Counted from the whole stretch's first letter, positions 12,353 to 26,099 are shown. The stretch: DNA of 63,179 bases, filler included, from Octopus bimaculoides (GCF_001194135.2; 6 parts of 6 records of this genome joined end to end with filler, not necessarily neighbours in it); one strand, 5' to 3'. Notes: a model not told the origin generated them from the sequence alone. Made by a program: numbers and translations.

Positions 12353-12564
12353 CTTCTCTTTATAAATATTCTGAAATTTTTCACAGCCTTGGATTTTCAT
12401 CTCATCCTGTTAATTTTTTATATATACGCAAGCTGATATCTGACCTACATTGGACTACTCATTCGCATAATCACCGAACCTGGAGCTTAGCTATAGTCTG
12501 TCCATAGTACTTACTCAGCATTACGTAACACCTTTGGGTCTTCTTGACACCATTACCTCTCATA

Positions 12565-12603
<39 letters not shown>

Positions 12604-14248
12604 NNNNNNNNNNATATATATATATACCGGAGTAAGCACATAAATGTGAAACAAGGTGGAAAAAAGAGTACTCAAATACCAGAGGTAGAGTAGAAAATAG
12701 TCGTGTTCTTGAAACATGTTTTCTTTGACGATGACTTAGGAACTGCAAATGAATAAATAAAATATCAAAATGAGAATGAAAAATGATGGGAACAGAAGAA
12801 AACGCTTCATACTATCATGTTCGTCTGATTGTGATTAACGAACACAGTGATCTCAGCATGGGGCACATCCACCAAGGGGACCAGAGACGCAGAAATGGTC
12901 TCGCCTGTACTGCACCTTCGATGTACCTGAAACTTCGAAAGTGGCGGTATTTCATTGTCACAAATGCATGATAACCTGTTGTCACAGTTAAGGGTCTACC
13001 ATCTGTTTCAGCCATCAGTAATCGATTAATACAATGATTGACTTAGCAGCGTTTCAATAACAGACTCAATCATGCAGAGGGGACACATATAACCGCAACT
13101 ACATCCATATATACTACCGCTTCCATGCGCCTGAAATTAACGGAAGTACCTATATTTATTTGTTGTACCAGGTGTGGCACATGTGTTTACCCATTATTTA
13201 AACATAATAGGTTATTAACGATTCAAACAAAGATTGAGAACTGCGGTGAAAGGAAAGGGTGGCCATTATGAATTGTAAATATATGTACGAGTTCTTCGGG
13301 CTAAATTTGGCGATTTTGTCTCCTTTTTTCAGGAACCTCTTGATGCAATGGTGAACAGTTAATGGCGTTAGAGAGCATAAAAATTAAACCTGAGGTTGAG
13401 AAAAAGTTAAGTAACATGGACGAGTACAAGTCATTTGAATATTGGAAAAGAATTACCTGTCTTATGATGATTTGCACCAGGTGTCAAAATGCCGATGTCA
13501 ATGCTCTGTGAACCCGGAACCATGTGGTTGGTAAAAGAATAAAAGAATATATGCTGCAGCCAGAAGTGTGGAATATTCTAGGCACCACAACAAGACTATT
13601 TTATCCATTATTGAATATCTGTCAGTCATGTACCACAAAGATTCATTCGCCAAATATAGGTCTTAGTCTAATGCAAGGTTATTTTCTGTGCTCGTATTCG
13701 ACTCATTCTCTCGTTCACAAACTATATATATATATATATCAAGTAGCAAGATTAAGTGAAGACAACTTGAGCTTTTATTAGAATCCAGGCGATTGCTAGA
13801 ATGGCTGAAGGAATACCCAGTTCTCTCAAAATCGTTTAACTTCGTGGGGTACAAAGAAACATGGCCGATATTTTCCTGAAACGATCCAGATATTTGCACT
13901 GCATCATGGCTTCTAGCTCAACATGATAATATGTTTCCATCTGCACCAGTTACTCGCTTTCACTTGCTTCCGTCAAATTCGAAGCTGTGAGGAAGAAGGT
14001 TACCTCTTCCAGTCTTCATTTCGATGTGGCCAAGCAACTAAAAATATACACACATTTAATGAGCACACGCAGACAATACTGGATAGCCATTGCCTTTGAC
14101 AAGTCTTTTTTTTCATTCTTCAGAGTGTCCAACATCGATCACCCTCCTCACTAAGCAAGCTTAGTGGGTTTGATAGTATAGTGGTCGACAAACTGGCTAC
14201 GCTGCAGGTTGTAATGGGTTATATGTTACCAGTAGAGCTAGCAACCAA

Positions 14249-14320
<72 letters not shown>

Positions 14321-15099
14321 NNNNNNNNNNNNNNNNNNNNNNNNNNNNNNNNNNNNNNNNNNNNNNNNNNNNNNNNNNNNNNNNNNNNNNNNNNNNNNNN
14401 NNNNNNNNNNNNNNNNNNNNNNNNNNNNNNNNNNNNNNNNNNNNNNNNNNNNNNNNNNNNNNNGCACCAGTGTCTCACTCCACCCTATTCCACCCCACCC
14501 GATCCCCAACCAATATACTTAAACCTGTACGTATTCAAGACCCGAGATAGATTATTGGAAAGAATCCGCTCAGTCTGCGGAAGAGCGTCCATGATGTTCA
14601 TGGGCGCTGCCCCGCCTTCCCATGATAATGTAAAAAACAAATAGTTTTAAGTATGCAGGGTATTACGTCTGTATAATCAGCTTCTAAAGATTGCGTCTGG
14701 TAATCACATCAGCAAAGAAATACACACACAAGCACACACACACACACACACACATAAACACACACACACACACACACAAGCAAGCACAAACAAGTACACA
14801 CGCGCGCGCGCATACATGCAGAGAATGTAAACACCGATTCGTGNNNNNNNNNNNNNNNNNNNNNNNNNNNNNNNNCCCCACACGCAGACAAAACACAATA
14901 AGGATACGCAGAACAATATTGGCAAGATATATACACGCATAGAAAGACTTGATCGATAAAAGCAGAACACACAGGCTCACGCATTCCCGATATAATATAC
15001 ACGCGCACATAGGGACCACGTCACTCTATGTACATACATACTTGATAGCTTACATAGCTATACTATATTTTCTACATGATTTGCGACAGGACCACAGGA

Positions 15100-15316
15100 G
15101 CATACATTGTGTGTGTGTGTGTATCTGTGTGTATCTGTGTGCGTGTGCGTGTGTGTGCGTGTGTGTGTGTGTTTGTGTGTGAGTAAATATACATACACAC
15201 ACATATATCTATATATATATATATGTATGTATGTTTGTATGTATATATATATATGTATATATATATATGTATATATCTATATTTATATCAATGTGTATAT
15301 ATATATACATATATAC

Positions 15317-15358
<42 letters not shown>

Positions 15359-15671
15359 ATATGTATGTGTGTATATATATATATACATATATATATATGT
15401 ATATATGTNNNNNNNNNNATATATATACATATATATATATGTATATATGTATGTATATATATATGTATATATATAAATATACATATATATATATATATAT
15501 GTATATATATAAATATACATATATATATATGTATGTATATATATATATATCAATATATATATATAATATATATGTGTGTGTGTGTGTGTATGTATGTGTG
15601 TGTGTGTGTGCATCTAGCGATCTCTCTCTCTCTCTCTCTATCTATCTATAGTTAGATAGATAGATAGATAG

Positions 15672-15704
<33 letters not shown>

Positions 15705-15828
15705 NNNNNNNNNNNNNNNNNNNNNNNNNNNNNNNNNNNNNNNNNNNNTTAATTAATTAANNNNNNNNNNNNNNNNNNNNNNNNNNNNNNNNNNNNNNNN
15801 NNNNATATATATATATTTATATAGATTT

Positions 15829-15867
<39 letters not shown>

Positions 15868-15870
15868 TAT
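15100..15870. repeat. (TG)n/(TA)n/(TATG)n compound microsatellite
   Basis: Direct inspection. Confidence 0.92.
15705..15804. other. Assembly placeholder gap N44-TTAATTAATTAA-N44 (also 39478-39577, 54014-54113, 56036-56135, 58638-58737)
   Basis: The same 100-bp layout recurs five times; the 12-mer gives stop codons in all six frames, so these are artificial linkers for gaps of unknown size. Confidence 0.95.
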
Positions 15871-16739
15871 GTATATGTGTGTATATATACATATACCATA
15901 TGTGTGTGCACGTCTGTGTGCAGAGAAGTGGGAAGAGAAAGAAAGGACGTTATAGAGATATTTGCTTCTACAGATATTTTACACCTTGTTTTACACTGTG
16001 TAATACCTCGACAGCCTGAAATACTAAGTTTGTATTAGGAAGATCGACTTGAAAAACTTCAAATGGGAACTATAAGGATTATCCGGCAATATTCTTCTTG
16101 CAGGAGATCACAGCTTTTACCAACACTAAATGTTTGATTGAATTGGAATTATAAGCTAATCAGTGGTCTTCAGCTTTAGTTGGTGCATCAGAGCTACTCT
16201 TTTGCCTCGATAGAAACAGAGTCAATCATCATTATACTCTGTGCATCTCTTAACTGTAATGTTATCCTGCTTTGTACATGATGGATGCAAGACTCTTTTT
16301 TTTCTGTTCCTCAATACTGTTCAGGTTAGGGAGCTTGTCTTCAAAGTTACTTGGTGAACTTTGCTGATACTGGTATCACATGAAAATCATCCACTACACT
16401 CTGTAAAGTAGTCAGTGTTAGGAGAATCATCCAACCATAGAAACTATACCAAAGCAGGGACTTGCTACCGTCTTCTGACTTTCCAGTTCCTTTTGAACCA
16501 TGCCAGCATGCAAAAACAGACGTTAAATAATGATTGTGGTGGTGGTGGTGGTGATGGACTAATAACTTCAGCTTTCTGCAGTAAACAGCTCAACTCTTTC
16601 TCTTGCTATGTAGAATGTAACACCCCTGGAGAATTTTCAAATAATTTATGGCATATTGTGAACATTGCAATTTTTACACAAAATGTCCTAGTTTTCATGT
16701 TGCATTTATGTCCATGTGTCCAAGCCCTCAATGGGTCCT

Positions 16740-17260
16740 ACTATTTTCAGTAATGGCTTTTATACTCATACATTCATGTGTGATGGGAAACATGTGGATA
16801 AGTTGTATATTAGAATTGCAGGAAAGTTTGGTAAAGGAGCCAAACTTCCTATCTTCAGATTGGATTCTGTACCTATCCTCACCTATGGTCATGAATTTTG
16901 GGTAATGACTAAAGGAGTATGACCCAAACTGCAAGTTGCTAAGACAAGGTTCCTCTGGAGTAATATTACTCGACAGGGTCAAGTCTCTCTTGGTCAAACC
17001 AATACTTCTCAGCATTGGGAGGTAACAGCTCTGGTACTTTGAGCATGTGGTTAGAATGCCTCAGATGTGGATTACAAAACAGATTCTTTAAGCTGTTCCA
17101 GTCAGTAGGAAACCTGAGGGTAAAGCAAAAGTAAGATGTTTGGATAATATCCATAGTCTTGGTTGGTCACATTTGGAGTCCAGCCAGAAAACCTAATGAT
17201 GATTGAATCTGATAGGATGCTATGGCATGAGCACTTGATCACTACAGACAAATTACTTGT
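16740..17260 (+). mobile_element. RTE-clade LINE relic, Rex3/Expander-like post-RT region
   Basis: PILTYGHEFWVMT, QLWYFEHVVRMP, LGWSHL/GVQPENL; multiple stops and frameshifts. Confidence 0.72.
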
Positions 17261-20011
17261 GCAGATCATTTCGCAAAGGATGAACACTCATTCATTGTCC
17301 TCGATGGGAGAGTCCATTACATATTTATATATACATAAGTATAAGTTTGAAAGCTGAGCCAATGAAGAGGAGTTACATTCTCTTATGAAAGTGAATAACC
17401 ATGTAGAGTCCTCTACAAAAAACCTGCTGTTCCTCACTTCTCTCATACTTTAACCACTCATCTCCTAGCAGGAACTGCTATTCATTTTTGGAGTTTGTAG
17501 TCTTGCTAGCTGCATGGTAAGCTCATTAGTGTTAGTGGGAGAAAAAAAAACATAACACTCTATACATGCTATAAAGCAGTTGGCAATATGCAGGCATACT
17601 GTTGTGTTGACACCCCCAGACAATGAAGTAGGCTAGCCCAATACATAGATATAGAGGGAGAAGTCTAGACATCGANNNNNNNNNNNNNNNNNNNNNNNNN
17701 NNNNNNNNNNNNNNNNNNNNNNNNNNNNNNNNNNNNNNNNNNNNNNNNNNNNNNNNNNNNNNNNNNNNNNNNNAATGAAGTAGGCTAGCCCAATACATAG
17801 ATATAGAGGGAGAAGTCTAGACATCGAAGTAGTTGAGTAGAGGTCATCCGAACATGCGATATAACACATACAAATGTAAGATATTAGGTCACTTGTGATG
17901 TCTCTCAAGAGTGCTACCAGTAACCTGGAATTCAATACAATCAGTTGCATGGTCAGATCATCAGTGACAAAACCGACACCCCTACCCACTAGGATTGCTT
18001 CATCACAGAAACCCAGTAGGACTAAAAACAAAGCCTGTCAAAAGGACAGATGAACCTTGTGTAGGTTCAACAACTAACTAAGCTATGGCACAGGCCTTCA
18101 GAAATTCTAGGTTGCTGTCCAGTGTGCTGGAGGACCACTGGGGGTGAGGTAACTGTGAGCTTTTGTTAAAGTATAACTCTAGAAACTGCTTCATATCCAG
18201 GCTACATATGCTCCAGTAAATGGTGGTAACTTGGTCAGCAACTCCTCCATGATGGTCGATAATTGATGGCAAGTTCAGCTGCTTAGGATCCCAAAGTGTA
18301 CATGCATGTGCCTTGAGACCACATGTGAACTTGTGTTCCAACTAAAACTCCAAACATGAACTCTACATCTCAACAGCGAATGATGACTGCAGCTGTTGCA
18401 TCTGTACTACCTGACATGCCTGCTCCCCCAGTGGGACATTTGTTAAATTTGCAAGCTGGACATTGAATGTGGTCAGCATTCATGAAAAACATGGTGACCA
18501 TGTTGCTCAGATCCAGCTCAATCTACCACAGGTGAATGATACTTCAGGTACAAATAGTTACATCCAGATGTTGAAACCATGCCAATGCAGACACCTGAAC
18601 ACAATTTAGTCCTTTGACCATTTGGATCATGTCAAGCTCCCTGACCAATGCCAACATGGAACATGGATGTTAAATTATGAAGTGGATGAGGGAGTAAATG
18701 ATTTCACAAACAAAAATGAATGGTTCTTAGCACCTGCACCGACACAGACAGACACACACACACATCTTCATATGTAGACATACAAATTTATTCATTACTG
18801 TTTACATATATTGTTACATACATGTGTATGCATATGTGCATCTTTCTATGATTCTGTGTATACATATTGAAGTAAAACAATGTATGTTGTCCTGAAATAA
18901 ATTAGCATATAATCGGGTATATATTCACAACACATACGTAGTTTTATATACATACATAGATACATACATACGTACATATATATACATATGATCACGATGA
19001 TTATGGTATGTATATGTACACACTCATAAATGGTTTTGTTTATATCCCTGCAGGACAAGAAGACTTTTTAATCTCAAAATCCATTAAGCATGAGTTATCT
19101 ATCTATCTATCAATCTATCTGTCTGTTTGTCTATTTATATACCTCTATCACTCCATCCATCCATCCATACATACATACATACATACATCAATACACACAC
19201 TTAGATAAATATACGTATATATATGGACTTATATAAATATATATCTATATATGATATACGGGTATAGACATACATACACACATACATATATATATATATA
19301 CTTACATATGCATACACACATACACACATATATATATATATATACTTACATATGCATACACACACACATATATATATATACATATGAATGTATTTTCATC
19401 CCCATGTGTGCATATTACGGAAAAATATGATTCTTAAAAAAATGGTTTTGCTAGTTATCTTTTTTCAGCATTTACCATTTTCAAACTATTTCTGTTCTCT
19501 GATATATTTTAAAAGAACAAATAATGCTTGAAATGAAATTTATGCATGTTCATGTGTGATTGTGCATGTGCATACTTAAATATGTGTAGATTTATGCAAT
19601 CATTTATATGGATATATGTGTGTGTATGACTTCGTGTTTGTTCACATATGCGAGTTTAAGCATCTTTGCCTTTTGTTAGTGAGTGTATTTCTGTTTCTAA
19701 TGTGTGTGTGTGTGTGTGTGTGTCTGTGTGCATTTTCGTAAAAGTGTGTGTTTATTTCCACATGTGTGTGCGTATGTATTTTCATGCACATGTGTGTGTG
19801 TATACTTTAAGTGTGTGTACATGTGTGTCTGTTCTATTGATTTTCACCACAACTAAATATGTAAGAATGTAATGACATAAGCATAAAAGAAACTGTAAAG
19901 GATGTTTGCTACTGTTGTTTTCGTTGTTTTTTGTCTTTGTCTAAGCCCATCCTAGGTCAAACCTGATCAAAACAAATATATAATTAAAGACATCCCATCC
20001 TATCTTTATAT

Positions 20012-20571
20012 TACAAAGGTGAGCCAAAAAGTAATGCCACTTTGTTTAGAACAGGTATAATTACCAACACAGGAACATGTATCATACATCAAAATGAAGC
20101 TGGTCCTCTGTGGATTACATCCCTACTTCTCAACATAGTCACCATTTCTCTCAATAGCAATGTTCCACCTTTGAATGAGAGTATGTATTCCTGCCCTGTA
20201 AAATTCTGTTGACTGTTCTTTGAGCCACTTCTTCACTACAGTTTTCACTTCCTCGTCACTGGAATAGTGTTTGCCTCTCAAACCCTCTTTCGTGACGTCA
20301 AAGAGATGATAGTCTAAAGGCTCTAAATCTGGTGAGTGTGGAGGTAGTGAAGAAGTGGCTCAAAGATCAGTTCACAGAATTTTACGGGGCAAGGATACAT
20401 GCTCTCATACGAAGGTGGAACATTGTTATTGAGAGAAATGGTGACTATGTTGAGAAGTAGGGATGTGATCCACAGAAGACCAGTTTCCTTTTGATGTATG
20501 AGGCATGTTCCTGTGTTGGTAATTATACCTGTCCTAAACAAAATAGCAATACTTTTTGACTCACCCTCGTA
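20012..20571. mobile_element. Mariner-derived foldback element with TA target duplication
   Basis: TA-caaaggtgagccaaaaagt...actttttgactcaccctcg-TA; ~226-bp inverted arms (20014-20239 and 20344-20569). Confidence 0.92.
20123..20344 (-). pseudogene. Mariner transposase C-terminal remnant: PPHSPDLEPLDYHLFDVTKEGLRGKHYSSDEEVKTVVKKWLKEQ...NGDYVEK*
   Basis: 73 codons without internal stop; matches the mariner YSPDLAP.D motif and the usual C-terminal GDYVE end. Confidence 0.9.
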
Positions 20572-22559
20572 GTATCTAGAACTTTAGTATTTAAGGTTTC
20601 ATTACTATTATTTTCATTTCAGCTGCATGGAATTTGAGTGCGATTTGGTTGCTATTTATAACAGACTGAGTGACTATACAGAGGTCTCACTCTTGCTAGT
20701 GTTGTTGCTTATGTTATTGTGCAGATATGGTGATAGAACAAATCAAAACATTTAGGAAATCACGTCTCAAACTTTGATCAAAATTTTAATTGTTTTTGAT
20801 GACCTAAAGACTTTGTTCCTATTTAACCATTTAGCATTTAAACAGGCCAAATTTGGGCCAAATATTCTATCTATTTCATGTTCAAAGTGGCCAGCTCTAG
20901 CCTCTCCCACCAACCCTTCAATGTCTTTCTAAAAATAAACGCATCATTGAAATCTCAAAGCTACAAGATAATTAATACATGACTTATTCAAAATAATGTA
21001 GATAAATAAGCATTATATTTGACAGAGAAATCTGAATGCTAAAGGCTTAAAGACTTGTCATATTTACAGATGACCCCTATTTATTGCTTTTCCCTAATTA
21101 TAATATTTTTTTTAATGTTTGGGAAGTTGATTAAGTATATTAAGTAGCAACAATGTGTAGTTTAAACCAGTGCATAGTAAATTTTCTCTTTTCCCTTTCT
21201 TTTCTGCACACATGTTATCATTATTGTCAGCTCTGTTGGAGCAGGTTTTCAGTGTTCAGTGACAGAGGATTAAAGTCAATATTCTTATCAAGACTTTCAT
21301 TTTGTGTCTTACCTTTACTGAAAGATGTTTCATCCTAAAATTTAGCATATCAAATACATCATTCAATATTGGAAATTTTTTGTGGAAGAATTAGTCATCA
21401 AATTCAGTATATAGAGCCACTATGAGGAATAGCATGCAAATGATCATGTGGTGCTTAGTGTGAAGGAATTTTGGTAGCTCTACTGAACATTTTTAGACAC
21501 CATGTAAAAGACAAAATACTACTTTATTCAAGAGTAACCCACTTGAGACCACCCATAGTTCTATAATATAAAACCTGCTGTCTTAAAGTGCTTCTATTGA
21601 AATTATAATGATTCATAGCGATTTATATAAAAAGCTTTCTGTTGATTTTCATGAAGCCATAAACAAGAACATTAGCATTTTTACTAAATCTTTCCAAATT
21701 GCTCAGTATTTTAAAATTAATTGAAGCAGATTTTAATAGTGTATTTCAGCATAAATATGTTTGTTTGGCAGCACAATACAACACAATAAATTCAGGAATA
21801 TTTGTGCTTCAGTAATAAAGAGGTTTAGTAAATAAATGGAATAGTAAGGAATCTGTTAATGAATAATTTGCTGGTCTATTGAACGAGTTGAATAAATATA
21901 TTGAAGTTGCCTTTATACCGTCTATTTCCTGCATTCGATAAGTTTCTGTGCTAGATCATATATCTTTTGTAGTGGTTCTAGAAATGAGGGAATTTTTATA
22001 AATCATATTATGCCCTCACAGCAAGTGAGTTACTTTCTCACAGGATGTGAAATATAACCAGTCAGAAAATACACCTTCCCAGAAAGACAAGTGTACGAAT
22101 CCAGTTTTGGTTCTTTTTTGCAGTTATATTTCCTTGTATCAACACACTATCTGAAACAAGCCATGAAAGGAGAGACAACTATTGTAATTCAAATGAGTTT
22201 ATATACTTACCTACACTCAGGCTACATTTAAGCAAAAAAGAACAGACTTGAATGTAAAAGATTCATTTTGCCATAACAGAAATATAATATGTGTGATACA
22301 AAGATAGAAAATTGTACATTGGCATGAGTGAAGACACTTTTACAAGTCACTTTTTTGGTTGTACTCTCATTAACTACTTGTTCCTCTGACTCCTCTCCCC
22401 ACACTCTTTACCTTCAATTGCCATTCAGATTCCCCAAGTAGAAATCCTAATAACATCTATAACTTTGGCATTGTTCAGGTGTTTCTACACTCAACTTCAT
22501 GACAATCAACAGAGTGACCTTTTTTTGAATGTACAGTTATAAAAAATGCATATGGTTTA

Positions 22560-22830
22560 AACCATTATTCAGCATGAATATAGCTGCAAACATAGCCAGA
22601 CCTTCTTCATACTAGTAAAAATTATTTCCCATAAGCACAGATACAACATATTATACTTCAGCTGGTTCCCATCTCATACCTATATCCACACCCAGGTACT
22701 CAGTCCTGCCTTCCACTTTTCTGCCAACCCACACTCTTACTTTATGTTAGATACTCAGCTCCTCATTACCTCCAGTGAAGAGAAATGTCAGCTTCATACA
22801 AGTGGAGCAACCACCCACTTTATAGAAGGG
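22560..22830 (-). mobile_element. Possible LINE RT relic (YLGV motif)
   Basis: KVRVWVGRKVEGRTEYLGVDIG on the minus strand; otherwise decayed. Confidence 0.3.
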
Positions 22831-22959
22831 GCAATTCTTATCTTATTACACTATCACATAGTGACTAATATGTTGATATAAAAGGTGTTGTAAACTGCCA
22901 TAAAGTTTAAGCTATGTAGCATAGTGACCTGGATTTCTGTCAGCTATGACATTGAGTAC

Positions 22960-23245
22960 TTCAGTTGATCTGATCAAAAGAACAGCGTCTTTGTGAAATT
23001 TATGGGCAAGTGGCTGAACACAGACACACACACACCCTTAATGTAGCTTTCAGAGAGATTCAGCTTGACACAGATTGTGACAAGATTGCCCCTTTCAGTT
23101 GCAGGTACAACTCATTTTTGCCAGCTGAGTGGGCTGGAGCAACAAGAAATGAAGCGTTTTGCTCGGGGACTCAACATACCATCAAGAATCGAACTCGTAG
23201 TCTTGTGATCATGAGCTGTATACTCTGGTCATTAAGCCACACATC
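22960..23245 (-). mobile_element. SINE family D, degenerate
   Basis: Reverse complement aligns to 39735-39960 (ccactcagctggcaaaaatgagttgtacctg; gctgaatctc). Confidence 0.65.
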
Positions 23246-24763
23246 TTCTCGTTGCAACTCAAGAGTTTTAAAATGCAACACGGAACTTTGTTTATTTGCT
23301 GAACCTGGAGAAAGGGACTGTGCCAATAACCTTTTTAGGCACTCCAAGACCAGTGAATTGGATGCCATTAATGATGGATTTAAAATATTATAGGCCACCA
23401 TTCCTGGATTTTAGAGTACTGGTTTTCAGAAACCCCACACAGCAGCAAAGCTGGATAAAAAATATAGACATTCATTCAGAGTACTGATCTGTCATAATCT
23501 CATGAGATATTCACTCATGGCCATCCAGTAATATACTTTACATACAACCAAGTGGCAGCAACCCTTTATGACATTCTGAGCGAAATCATGAACTTTGAGC
23601 ATTTTAACATTTCTCTAATACCTCCAAACCAGAATGAGTACCAAAAGTAACATGCATTTAAAACTTTTCCTGACAATACCATTTACTTATTTACATTGTC
23701 CTGCAATATTTTGGCAGATTATATTAGAACATGTCGATAAGTAGCTATGAAAGAACATTAAATCTTACAAATTAACTAACAACTTGGCTTATTGATATAC
23801 CAAGAATTTATTTCGTTTTATTAGTTGAACCCATATGAAAATGACCTCCCTTAGTAAGCACTAACACAGTGCTACCATATAACATCAACTAATATGAGTT
23901 TAGTTTTAAACAATCAGAGGGCTATATTCTGTCTTTAACCAAAATGGCAGACTACTCTGATTCAAGTACTGTTTAAAAGCCAACATTTCAAGAAATAATA
24001 AAGATTTGAAGAAGTTTATTAAACTTATGCTACTCAAAGATTGACTGGATTTTTATTAATAAGAATATGTTAACTAATACACTGATTAGATATTATTATG
24101 CACACACACATAATGGTATGATCAATGTGTTAACACATGTATGTATTCATATACAAATGCATAAATGTCATGTGTATGAGAAACCTCATATAAGAGTGTA
24201 TGTGTGTGTTTCTGCACGCGCACGTACATGTGTGTGTGTGATAATTTGTGTGAGATAAACAGCAGTTAGATACATTTGGACTGTGGTATCATTCTGATGG
24301 CCTTTCTGCCACCCTTCTATCTATGTCTTTTTCTATTTGACAAATTCCTTCATTCTGCCATTCTCCAACTTCCTTGTACCTTTCATTAACATTTTCTCTA
24401 TGTCCCACTTCTTTCTCTCCATCATCAGCCTCTGTTATTTTTAACAGGGAAAGGAACAAAACAGTAAAGAAATACATGCAAAGAAAATTAAAATGATAAA
24501 TATATGTATATACATACAGACATATATATATATATGTATACATATACACACACACACATATATATACATATATTATGTGTATATTCATGCATATATACAT
24601 TCTAAAATATTTATGTATACACACAGACACATATATACACATAAATAGAAAGGAGACTCCAAAAATAGCCAAAAGCCGCCATGAAACACTCGCCTAGCTA
24701 ATTTGTTTCATGTACATAGCCTTCATTTTATTAATACCTGCTGACATTAATGGTTGATCATCA

Positions 24764-24778
24764 ACGCCCCCTGATGGC
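24764..24778 (-). promoter_or_regulatory. CTCF-like motif GCCATCAGGGGGCGT
   Basis: Close match to the CTCF core CCACCAGGGGGCGC in non-repetitive sequence; motif only. Confidence 0.35.
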
Positions 24779-26099
24779 TCCAACAAACAACACCACCACC
24801 AACTCCACATTTTCTTGCTATGACTGTGCATGCAGACTATATATATTTTTTAATTTTTCTCTCTCTAATCAAATATATTTTATCTCAATTTATTTTACAA
24901 TTTTTTTATCTGAGTATATTGTATATTTTTTTCTATATTCTATGTTTTTTCTATAATTTTATAAATTTTTTATTGCTGTCATTTTAGACTTTATTTAATT
25001 TGATTTTATACCAATATCATTATTATATTTCTATTTACTGTTTAATTTTTATATATGACTTTATATGTTTTCCTTTACATTCTTTTATATTTTTAGCTTG
25101 TTACCATTTATTTTCTTCTTTATTACATATTCATTTTCCCCCTCATTTTTATTATTTTTTTATATTATTAAATTCAGGATTTCACCTTATTACTGTATTT
25201 ATCTTTTTATATGTTATATATTTTGTATTTCTATCATAGTTTTTGTTATCTATTTTTCCTTATGGTAATTTTTTTTATTGATTTGAGATAATTTTTCACT
25301 TATTTTTCTCTATTGCACTTTCTATTTAATTCTGTGATATTTTATTGTATTTTATCTATTTAATAATTTTTGATTTTATTTTACATTATAACTTAGATTT
25401 GTTTATATATTTAATATTCTTATTTTTTAGTGGAAACCCTAATTTGTTTAAAGGAGAATCAACTTTCATACAAAAATGCCAATAGACTTTTTATTTAATT
25501 TATTGAAGTTGTTTTTGATTGCTGTTGTTGTTGTTCTTTTTTATTGTTGTATATTGAAGCAAAAGGAAGTCCCTAAGAGAGCAAAGCGAAGGAAATAATT
25601 TTTGACTGGATTATTTTACAAAAATAAGTTGTTTTTCTTTTGTTACCATTTTATTAATGGAAGGCTTTCAGATTACTTGTGAGTCCGCCCCATTACCTGG
25701 GGTAGAAGAATAGCTGTCTTTTAGCATCTTAAATGTTTACATATTTTTAGTAAATAGCCATTTACAACATTTCCTTGTAGTAAGATGACTGTCCCAAAGC
25801 TAACAGGAAGAGGTGCTTATTAGTGGTAGAGGCTTCATAAAAAATATGACCTTGATTTCTTTAAAATGAAAAACAGAATTTTAAAAAGTCAATGAAAATG
25901 CCAAACATACAAGCAATGCTCCTAGGCAAAACATCTATACTTACAGTTGTAAATTGGAAGACTAAAAGAAACATTAATTAAAAGAGGTACAAACAGTAAT
26001 GAAAATGTCACCACATTTTTCATTACAAGCATTGTGGGTCAAAAGAAGCAACTTAACTAAAGGCTGATCAGTGAAGAGGAAGGATGGATAAGGCTTGTT

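Larger units (their letters stand above)
11925..12416. mobile_element. Foldback element, 212-bp inverted arms, hammerhead-bearing (Penelope-like pLTR-derived, inferred)
   Basis: Arms 11925-12136 and 12205-12416 differ at 12 of 212 positions by hand alignment; 68-nt spacer; both ends run into TA repeats. Confidence 0.85.

Noticed and set aside
15749-15760. TTAATTAATTAA islands inside N runs (five places)
   Set aside because: Fixed N44-12-N44 layout; assembly linker, not biology. The copy at 46072-46083 has no flanking Ns and looks like natural AT-rich intron sequence.
17622-17827. Identical 54-bp direct repeat either side of a 98-N gap
   Set aside because: Most likely unmerged overlapping contig ends.
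18200-18660. Possible RTE 5' UTR and endonuclease start (KFASWTLNV)
   Set aside because: Similarity too short and decayed to support a call.
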